DNA of 64,000 nucleotides from Opitutaceae bacterium (GTDB lineage Bacteria; Verrucomicrobiota; Verrucomicrobiia; Opitutales; Coraliomargaritaceae): NCBI GenBank assembly GCA_051252375.1, contig JBPOFY010000001.1, positions 416,001 to 480,000 of the forward strand, read 5' to 3'. Shown piece by piece: positions 47,101 to 53,800 of this stretch (position 1 is its first letter; each line of letters starts with the position of its first letter). The notes under the pieces were generated by a model. It saw only the letters and a program-made list of their open reading frames with translations, ran no database searches and was not told where the DNA came from. The position numbers and the translations under genes were made by a program.

Positions 47101-47117
47101 GATTTTCCGGAAATTAA
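38118..47117 (+). CDS. 2999-aa secreted protein: propeller-like N-terminus, beta-rich middle, Tc-toxin A-subunit-like helical C-terminus; operon gene 3
   Basis: Uninterrupted 9-kb ORF; signal peptide MKKLLYSLFLLPLLISPLLA; SBBP-like repeats (VDDQGNFYVVG, SDAQDNVFITG); long coiled coil ending AFDLAARYTYLAAKAYDYE; terminal ISDIKLFFQTY. The ORF is secure; the TcA-like call is inferred. Confidence 0.75.
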   Translation: MKKLLYSLFLLPLLISPLLAQQTEIFLKTIQEAEASGDFKTVDMDHDDDGNTYVLGVRSGGAVIVKYNSSGGRQEFSNSVDDIVISNFTPIAFDVTGGEDDGSIFVISSNSVRKYSLVSGTGSTITTVNWGVNFTDVAYATATNRLMVGSEGSGYAPVLFVYNSGGTSFQEYVVLEEAGWTGAEIARVRSLTVDDQGNFYVVGETASNTPTAPSNVWSPTSSDATSGQATLSGNTRYFAKINAAISEYTIKQPGQFDSMFEVSYNNGWVYAIGRSRSHSSNPGTSSIRVQRFDNAQEGDKHFNISNPDYVNLYRGSGTYYLNWKKFSITSDAQDNVFITGYTKSGTTKFYADGETVDPFKSIASTSESAYIAKLDFNFDYVWVKTPINSPIPSLGSDLQVSWDGVNSRLWWSGTYTRTTALTMQEASDASSARTLEATPSWISGNAGFVAVFQPDGVFTETALFTLQTDFFTDNVTFNSVPLESSLVTEDLILDSIITVQTPRIIYKLAGDKSDDIERDTVILEGADTRYSFLNFSVNNVVEDSNATTYTFSLEEPTTIKLEWLVEYSLVVDSNFAKTASAAVENDGSQYVDALTSQASGNPVPAAGKHWIEEDSPVVMEINGALEDLTLRPGLPIRFVPWRYRVTGSAGSSGEFSQVEPRQQLNEFTMSGPATVTYDWKLQYGVDIKSTNVSADPLMLVKFVAAPPTPTTVQTTSEGAGVHWYDDGTKVTIAAPQSVDLGSGPQILKGWINGDNYIFSPASGSFDTDFLETPFSAEQINANYQRFRHDLESPTVPEDWFLGREVVLDRPARLIWSYGDDVILKVVQIGDYIRFTAQEIADYGINTGEPPTLSSEGLPSGTPATASDFIWDPVAKRYFPIRPLSADLVWPSSTGTPAKVKLSVVWGLVDYKHVANTPGVSLTPRPPVGEPNDFVFERVAYTQAEALVGEGGAFTATQAGRSVLMFFRVTPAGRGGLPVNVVELRVVETKRWNTGLESTVDAQIGQKIVSSDDLAGLDTGFVFFNKARVNPFIYDSSRFVGDALWDFNNPPGPVIPVNQNPSASPANEDELVVVWYDNPIVNDHFLWPYKAVRYNPVWPTASTGLGRILMSSGFGSESVAANGSDQNVIDDITVDTVTVPAETTFDPGRFEQVQIYVQSDRDGAGYNPNEEHALMAPSLRYASVAPRPLAAYALRENDLNETQRNLNYTSDPYVLVQFLDKADNEFKMKVYSVLRADTVNYPNGFSQEMEAGEPVIPFYPIGVVSGATLCESSYAREGNTDRLTFWKDHKGTAWAVSGQDENGVPGSFSSYFFYPLSPDFWWPNNAKGPGECVAWLPDPDDLETISRSSFVEIDYTNPNQQPDAQDVSYTSVWPLDSPILKVGETLTFSGGEYAADNADALGLPGVLAWAAGEVVFDQLNPDMREGGIDEDGNNFDKYTARMFSALEERTVDLPVAQFPEVLLPATGRTEVDGAIYLFSDLSSSLKKRIFYNPLNGKLGIKGFVNEKDIANDTLTAAPPAVYALEANVLTQAEFEELNGTGEDSPFSDLSGDSLWRGKIDELFKLSRNPSGISNTRALQNDGYTVGLKPQDIRDPNTGAVIGQNVDAAQAYKAIGPGLAVAANPGFLDPFDTSLPDVSYVTLAENNDPELGGSPVILHIIKIDRRERYRGAIKVVLSDNVFDENIILRHTGDFAARADDLVFEWWYRVEDGREALPPDLIAAGETNPWKLFPDPSPNEGQGFFQLKLKGNPQAPELLLADSLWFVRYRHKDEAPLDPIVWDDPATSDAVSPEIPFQWAGAGNSTPKDLDGDGVSDYQAQLAQGWVKRVLDAVNPYEARIRDFNGDNPATYASMIRQFGQRFEGPVALNPDKNVIENVGLIELYSTVLKRARDLSIDLTTPVSTPGITNALLLASTRLADFYMLLGNEAYSDAKNPAIGFGSDSVEYGSLAPTVFTFQNQLSSQIEEELALLRGVYDFKARPVYNRLFWNFTKGEGEAAYATAYNLSDVTLDGFIDEDDAQVLFPQGHGDAWGHYLTAIRGQYELLNNPFFNWVSRSELYSLQDIVFDVDFLDERKFAQVAAAKAKAGAEIVQLTYRDNYVADPEAQWQGYLDTDSLRAWGVEGWARRAGQGAYFDWVTANALIPSEHPNSEYTGIKKVDRTTVKDIAVISSNMNAIQQTFEDANNGYNPLGIAGNTVPFDIDPSELAGGSGTTHFEQIYERALDAMANAVTVFNNANQINNMLRAVENNEIDFRRAVFEEDMTYRNELIEIFGTPYYGTIGSGAAFPAGYDGPDTTLYMYVDKQSREISTDTVPGITAAFASDLTNIEDDFSDFISAEFRSDYAPSFSSDEPADWSQNFNGVNYITTGDDGITFDTGSARVGLTNIQLPIKASGYSFEAPSDWGQRSSPGQLQQHISKMIQQEAAMTKAIAEWDGYTGEIVRQIRLISAQYFLDDYVQTKLKDKIDRITTFGQLRIAGLAVVDVFKEVSAFTNDTNEFLKDYVPGNLPTGGFAISPGAALKALRGTVGTVSTVIQVATRALKVAGKTAVRIIELNREIRELNLDRNIDDAERDLALKQSLVELENMVGDEGVLRIEVFRQQEALRELSEGYRALLLRGARLLDEREAYNKRVAELVQRNRYQDMTFRVSRNAALQRYHEAFDLAARYTYLAAKAYDYETNLHPDDAGSAQGILSNIVGARGLGHFEIGFEKIPFTGKGGLSEELAKLKANFDVLKGQLGLNNPQTETGRFSLRQELYRISAESTSDQAWSDTLEDAKVDNLWDLPEFRRYCRPFAAYDPDSPEPGIVIEFPSEIMSGRNFFGRSLAGGDNAYDPTNFSTKVLSVGAWFEGYLSSATATDLSETPRIYLVPVGSDRMMYPSDTDLGVRTWDVLDQKIPVPYPILQANLDDNAWRPIDTLGGTDGEIRKFSSFRAYHDSGFFDESEMTFDSRLVGRSVWNTRWLLIIPGATLNADSEDGLQTFIDNISDIKLFFQTYGFSGN

Positions 47118-47150
47118 TCTCCGGCCAGCTCTTAATTCAGCATTCACACT

Positions 47151-49817
47151 ATGAAAGCAATCACACGGTTTTTCTCGACACTCCTCCTCCTGTCACTGGC
47201 AGGAATCACCACAGCCCAGGCCAATGTCCCCGAGCCATCCACCCTCATCTATGGAAAGGTGCTGCACCGCGCGTATGGCAGTGAGCATCAGTTAGTCGAG
47301 GGCAGCCTTGTTTGGACGCTTCGTGATCAAAATGGTCTCGAGTATACCTTCAACGCCGAATTGGAAGATATCAAAGGTGTGTTCTCATACCGCATCGAGA
47401 TCCCGCACCAGGCCTTGTCTTCGGGGTTGAATGTAGACCCCTCAGTAATTCCGCTTGGAGTCGGCGAGATGGAATACGAGTTCGTTTCGATCGAAGTCGA
47501 TGGTTATCCCGCTGCGATCCTTTGGTCGCAAATCGATTTCCTTAAGCTGTTCCAGAATTCGCGTGCTGCGACACACCGTATTGATTTGTTGGTCTCCTTC
47601 GACTTGTTGGATACCGATGGTGATGGCATGCCGGATTGGTGGGAGAAATTCTACGGACTCGATTGGCAGAACCCTGATGCCGCACTCGATAGTGACGGCG
47701 ATGGTTGGAATAATCTCGAAGAATATTATAATGGCACCAACCCATTGCGCGACGACCGCGCACCAATCGTGCAAACCTTGAATCTTGCTGCGTATGGTGA
47801 GTCTGATAGTGGAGTCTGGTTGCGTTCGGCTGATGTCGATACAGTGGCTGCGGATCTAACCTACACTTTGACCGCGTTGCCTGATGGCGGACACCTTCAT
47901 TATGTGTCGACCGTCTCGGGTGGTGCTATCCCTGAATACGTATTGGCAGTTGGCGAGAGCTTCACTCAGGCGCAACTCAACGCAGGTGAGGTTGCTTACC
48001 GCCACTCTAATCCTACGGTGACCGAAACCAGTTTCTCAGTTAGCCTTAGCGACGGCATCAACGAAGCCTATGTTGCTGATATCGAAATTACGGTCTTCCC
48101 GCCGAGCCCAGCTGCTGCAGTTTCAGCAAGCCCGAACGGTATACCCACATGGTGGCGCGATGAGAACATTGTCTTCGAGGCCTATTGGGGGCTTCGTGAA
48201 AACGTGATCAGCGGTGATCTTATCGAGACCGCTCTTCTTTACCTTCTCGGCAAGGACTATGGTTGGACGATTTGGGATCAACGCGCGCAAACGCTGCCCG
48301 TTACTTTGGACATGTCCGGCGCGGGCTCGCACTTCTTGCTCGGCGGTGTAGCCGACGATGTGCTTCGTGGTGGTGCTGAGGATGATATTATCAGTGGTGG
48401 CGCCGGCCTCAATACATTAGCCGGTGGCGCTGGCTTGGATCTCTTTATCGTCGGCACGCTGGGCGACGAAATCATCGAAGACTTTAATCCAGCCGAAGAT
48501 GTGCTCGATCTTGCAGATCTATTAATCGGTCAGTCGGGCAGCCTCGATAGCTTCTTGCTAGCGGACTCCGATGGCACCGACACTAATATTCGTATCGATC
48601 AAAACGGAGACGGCAGCGGTTTCACCGATGCGGTTGTCTTGTTGCAAGGGGTGAATCTCGTTCAGGAAGACTTGCATCGTCTGTGGTCAGTCGGTCAGTT
48701 GCTTCTCGGTTCGATCGAGGGCTTTGCCTCGATTTCGATAGAAGGCTGGCCTACTGAATCGCTTGAAGAAGGTTTCTCTACTGCAGAATTGATCCTTCGC
48801 CGGAATGGTCCTGCCTCCAGTGCGTTGACCGTCGGCCTCGATATCTCAGGTAACGCGACCAACGGTTCCGACTACACGACTATTCCTGCAAGCGTCTCCT
48901 TTGGTGCTGGCAGTCGCACCGTGACTGTTCTGGTCGAACCGATCTTGGACGTGATTGAAGATCCGGAGCAAATCAATCTAGGGGTCGCCAATGGAGCCGG
49001 TTATGTAGTTGGCTCTGCCTTTTCAGGGCAAATTCAAATTGCTGATGCCAAGCAGCGCTTTAGTATCGTTGCAGTAGAGTCGAATTCAGTCGTCAACGGT
49101 GATGAGGCGACCCTATTGATCCAACGCAATGGTCCAAAGACTGGTTTTGTTCAAATTCGCCTAGGGCGTTCTGGCTCTGCCATCCAGGGCACACATTACA
49201 GTTCGATTCCTTCAATTGTCGATTTCCAGAGCGGGCAGGGCAACCTGTACTTGCCAGTTCAGGCGCTCGGCGGAGGTTCACTTGCCTCGGGCGAAACGAG
49301 CGAGACGCTTATCGTGAACGTCAAGCCAGCTTTTGCGGGTGAGTATTTTCTCGGCGATCCGACTTCCGCGACAGTTCGTTTGCTTTCCAACTTGGAAGCG
49401 TTCGACTCTTGGGCTGCTGAACTGCCTGAGGCAGATACAGCGACTTCTTCAGCCGAGCTACAAGCGACTAACACTTCAAGAACTGGCTTAAAGGCACTAC
49501 TTGAATATGCTTTTTCCTACGGTATCGATCTCGACGATGGCGTCGCTCCTGAAGAAAGGTCTCAGTTGAGACCACTCTTAGAGCGCTCTGGAGACGGCAT
49601 GCATTTCGAGTTTACGAAGCGTCTTAATGATAATCGCCTCGAATATATCGTGGAATGTTCGCCGGATCTAGTGAACTGGAATAGCGGACCCGATCATTTC
49701 GAATCGATAGGCCTTAATGATGCTCAAACAAATTCGGGTCGTGTGCGCTATCGCGTGCGGGCCGCTGATACGGAAGAGCAATGTTTTATCCGTGTCCGTG
49801 TGATCTTAAACGACTAA
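47151..49817 (+). CDS. Secreted Ca-binding mosaic protein (DxDGDG repeats, CSPG/cadherin-like, RTX-like, Calx-beta); operon gene 4
   Basis: Signal peptide; DTDGDGMPDWWE and DSDGDGWNNLEEY; SFTQAQLNAGEVAYRH; GGAEDDIISGGAGLNTLAGGAGLDLF; two Calx-beta-like units (GNATNGSDY, GSAIQGTHY). Confidence 0.82.
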   Translation: MKAITRFFSTLLLLSLAGITTAQANVPEPSTLIYGKVLHRAYGSEHQLVEGSLVWTLRDQNGLEYTFNAELEDIKGVFSYRIEIPHQALSSGLNVDPSVIPLGVGEMEYEFVSIEVDGYPAAILWSQIDFLKLFQNSRAATHRIDLLVSFDLLDTDGDGMPDWWEKFYGLDWQNPDAALDSDGDGWNNLEEYYNGTNPLRDDRAPIVQTLNLAAYGESDSGVWLRSADVDTVAADLTYTLTALPDGGHLHYVSTVSGGAIPEYVLAVGESFTQAQLNAGEVAYRHSNPTVTETSFSVSLSDGINEAYVADIEITVFPPSPAAAVSASPNGIPTWWRDENIVFEAYWGLRENVISGDLIETALLYLLGKDYGWTIWDQRAQTLPVTLDMSGAGSHFLLGGVADDVLRGGAEDDIISGGAGLNTLAGGAGLDLFIVGTLGDEIIEDFNPAEDVLDLADLLIGQSGSLDSFLLADSDGTDTNIRIDQNGDGSGFTDAVVLLQGVNLVQEDLHRLWSVGQLLLGSIEGFASISIEGWPTESLEEGFSTAELILRRNGPASSALTVGLDISGNATNGSDYTTIPASVSFGAGSRTVTVLVEPILDVIEDPEQINLGVANGAGYVVGSAFSGQIQIADAKQRFSIVAVESNSVVNGDEATLLIQRNGPKTGFVQIRLGRSGSAIQGTHYSSIPSIVDFQSGQGNLYLPVQALGGGSLASGETSETLIVNVKPAFAGEYFLGDPTSATVRLLSNLEAFDSWAAELPEADTATSSAELQATNTSRTGLKALLEYAFSYGIDLDDGVAPEERSQLRPLLERSGDGMHFEFTKRLNDNRLEYIVECSPDLVNWNSGPDHFESIGLNDAQTNSGRVRYRVRAADTEEQCFIRVRVILND

Positions 49818-49842
49818 GCGCTCCACGATTCGATTGAAATCA

Positions 49843-50811
49843 ATGAAATCCTCTAATCTCACACATTTGGTACGGGCAGGCTTGATCGGCATGATCACGC
49901 TGGCAGTGACTGCATGCGCACCTAAGGAGACTGAGGTAGTCGATTCGGATCCAGTTGCGATTCGTGTCGGGGAACGGGAGATTCGCTTAAGCGAGTTGCA
50001 GGCTCAAATTGATTTTTTAAATACCAACAGATCTTTCGGCACAGAGGATACTGCGTATTTCATGGATCAATATCTCGAGCGTCAGATCGCATTGGGCAAC
50101 GCCTATGCCGAGGGGCTTGACCAAGATTTGGAAATACAAAGACAATGGGAAAATCTTCTCATCGGGCGCTTTAAGAAGACTCGCATGGATCAAGCGCTTG
50201 CCAGTGTCAGTGTGACAGAGGAAGAGGTTACCGAATACTATCAGGCGAATATAGACCAATATACCCGTCCTGCGCAGGTTCGTTTAGCACTCATGCAACT
50301 TGAAAAGTCAGGTCGCGATGTCGAAGTCATTCGCCAGCGGATGGAAGAAGGGCGCCGTTTAGCCTCAGACTTACCTAAAGATACACGCGGCTTTGGGGCA
50401 CTCGCGGTCAAATACTCTGAAGATGCGACGAGTCGCTTCAAGGGGGGAGATGTCGGATGGTTGCAGGAGGGTCGCTCGCAATATCGTTGGCCTGCTGAGG
50501 TGATCGAGAGTGGTTTTACCCTCAGCGAAAACCGCGAACTGAGTCCAGTGATCGAGACGGACTCTGGCTTTTACGTCATTATGCGAATCGACGCTCGCGA
50601 GGCCGTGGTTCGTCCTCTGGAAGGAAACTTTTTTGCGAGCGTGCAGAATCAAATTTTAAAAGAGAAGCGTGCCGAATTGACGGTGCAGCTCAAAGACGAA
50701 TGGGCAACCTCCGTCGATGTTGAGCTGCAAGCAGAAGTGATCGCCGAACTGAAATTTCCAACACAGACCAATAGTGAAGTAGTGCCTCAGGCGCTGACCC
50801 GCCTGCCCTAA
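49843..50811 (+). CDS. PpiC/parvulin-type peptidyl-prolyl isomerase lipoprotein (PrsA/SurA-like); operon gene 5
   Basis: Lipobox LAVTAC, VTEEEVTEYY, FGALAVKYSED..SRFKGGDVGW, SPVIETDSGFYVI. Start set at ATG 49843. Confidence 0.88.
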   Translation: MKSSNLTHLVRAGLIGMITLAVTACAPKETEVVDSDPVAIRVGEREIRLSELQAQIDFLNTNRSFGTEDTAYFMDQYLERQIALGNAYAEGLDQDLEIQRQWENLLIGRFKKTRMDQALASVSVTEEEVTEYYQANIDQYTRPAQVRLALMQLEKSGRDVEVIRQRMEEGRRLASDLPKDTRGFGALAVKYSEDATSRFKGGDVGWLQEGRSQYRWPAEVIESGFTLSENRELSPVIETDSGFYVIMRIDAREAVVRPLEGNFFASVQNQILKEKRAELTVQLKDEWATSVDVELQAEVIAELKFPTQTNSEVVPQALTRLP

Positions 50812-50829
50812 ACTTACCGAATTTTACCA

Positions 50830-53800
50830 ATGAATATGACTATTCCCACTTTTTCCAGCATGCGCCTGCGTATTGCCTTGATCTCCATCCTGTCGTTAGG
50901 CTTGTCGCTAAGCGCCCACGCGGCCGCCCCTACGATCGACAACTTGCCGGCTACCGCAGCTACGAATGACAATGCCACCGAGTCGAATCCATTTGCAGGT
51001 GTCGATTTGGATGATCCTGATGGTGACAACGTTACTGTCACGATTACTGTGGATGACGACCGAGGGACGCTGACTTCGTTAGGGGTCTTCACTAAGAGCG
51101 CTACTGATACTTATACGTATACCGGGCCTGATGGCACAGCAGAGACCCGTCTCAGGCAAATCGATTTCGTTCCTGTCGAAAATCGTATTCCTATAGGTAC
51201 TACTGAGGACACGACGATCACTGTGAAGATAGAGGACGCCACGGATGAGGCCTCGGATACTACTGTGATTACAGTAACGCCGGTGGATGACGACCCTACG
51301 CTCTCCTTGGGGTCGAGTAGTGGCGATGTCGATGATGATGGGACTATAAAACCATTTAATGCTACGGATCCTGAAATTGCCGCGGATCCCTCCATTGATG
51401 AGCTCGATGGTCAGACTGTGACGCTGACTGTTACCATTGATCCAGTCGATGGTAGCTATGGTCCTGTTGATCTCGGAGATTTTACCACTTCGAGCCTAGC
51501 TAATTTTACTGCTGGTGCTGCTGGTGTTTACACTACATCTGCTAGTACGCCGGCTGTTGCGATTAACCGATTGAAAGAGTTAGTCTTCGAGCCGGAGGAG
51601 AATGCATTCACCCCCGAAACCACTGAAGACGTAGTTATATCAGTAGTGGTCACTGATGCTACCAGTAATGACAGCCCTACGCGGTCATTTACACTTACAA
51701 TAACATCAATTAATGACGATCCAACACTTGCTGCGCTGGGGGGTCAAATTGACATATTTGACAACGTTACAACAACGACTCCATTCACCGCCGGCACAAT
51801 TGAAGATGATGATTTCAATGCAGCGATTGAGGTAACTGTAACCGTCGTGCCAGACAACACGGGCACAATGACCAATTTGGGCGGTTTTACCAGTCCTACC
51901 ACGGGCACTTATACTTTTACCGGATCGCCCACCGCGGCGACCACTGCTTTGACAGGATTGGTCTTTGTTCCGGCGAATAATCGGATTTCGCCAGGGCTCG
52001 ATGAGGATACTACGCTGACGGTGACGATCACCGACAATATTATTTCGACGACTCCTCCAAGTCGCACTCGCACGGTAAATGTGGAATCGCTCAACGATAA
52101 CCCAGTGCTGTCTCCGGCTGGACCGTTCGCGCCAGTTACAATGACCGGAGGGTCGAGTATTCAACCATTTCTATCCATCACCTCGCTCGAGGATGCCGAC
52201 TTTGAGATTACCACTGGCACTGGCGGTATTGGTGGCACGGGTTCTGCCGATCAATTTACTGCGACGATCACATTATCTCCGAGTCCCTATGGCACGATTA
52301 TTTCGGATGATTTTGATGGCAGTGGTGCTACCTATACCTACGAGGGTCTGCGCTCAGATGTCCTCGAAGCGATTCAAAATGTGCAGTATCAAGCACCTGG
52401 AGTGACCGCCACCTTTACTATCAGTGTAAGTGTTGAAGATGATTATTCCGGCACATCAACCGCGGTCAGTGCGTCTGCTAATGTCACTCAACCGAATCCC
52501 GGTATCACTGGGCTGATTACCAGCGGTCAACAGCTCGCCGATGATGGATCCATTTTCCCCTTTGCCACCGCGCTCTTTAATGCCTTCGGCGGGAGTGATC
52601 GTATAGTTGAAGTGTCTTTAGGCGTCGACGCTAAGGGTGCTTTTCAGAATTTGGGGCCCTTTATTAAAGTTGGTTCCGTCTATCGAATGACTGGTGATTC
52701 TATCGCTGCGACCGATGCGATTCGCGGTTTGCGTTTCGTGCCCACGCCAAATCGAATCACTGGTGCCAGTGAGGATGTAGCTTTGGAAATCGCGGTTTAT
52801 GAGACCGCTGGTGACGCTGTTCCATTATTTGCTGCACCCGATGTGGTGGTGAAGGTTTTTCCAACTAATGACGCGCCCGAGATTGTGACGACAAACCCGA
52901 TTATACGAATCAATGATGATAATATTACAACGAGCCCATTTGCTTCATTGTCAGTCGCTGATCTAGATGAGGGAGGCGCACAACTCGTTGTTCTCGAAAT
53001 CACGCTCATTGGCGAAAATCCGGATACCAATGTCCCTGTGGCTGGTGGTGGCACTCTCATTGAACCAACATCCAGCGGCTATCTGAGTATTGGGGCGACT
53101 ACTTATCCGAATATTACCTACACACTGACTGGCACACCTACGCAAGTGACTACGGCCATGCAAGCGCTTGTCTTTATTCCGGGTGATCCTGCTCCAGCGC
53201 CAGATCGTTGGTCGCTTGGTCAGATTGAGACGATTACATTTACACTCGAGGTAGAGGACTTTATTGTAGCGGGCACGCCCGCTGGCGGTTCGGACTTCGA
53301 TGATAATACAAAGGTGATTGTTACCTATGTAAATGGTGCGCCATTTATCGACAATGTGCCTTCACCAAGTCAGCAGCCATATCCAATCGCTGGTTCTACT
53401 GCGGGGTCTGAGCCATTCAAGGATATCGAAGTTCGGGACGATGATCCTACGATTACATTTACAATTACCCTCGATGACGAGGACAAGGGGACATTGACCA
53501 ATTTAGGCGGGTTCAGTGACAGCGGCGGCGGCGTCTATACCATGACGGGTACTCCCGCAAACATTCAGACTGACCTTCAGGCACTCGTTTATGTTGTGGG
53601 TACTGTCTCTCCTCCGACGACCTTCACCTTGAGCGCGACAGATCCTGCGCCAGCATCCAACAACCGGACGATTGATTTCGAAGTCTTTATTCGTGAGCAA
53701 AACATCTCACACATTGTTACTGTGGCCACCGATAATGCGTCGGGTGATGCCGTGATTCCCGGTACACTCCGTCAGGCTTTAAGCCTTGCCGGTATCAACG

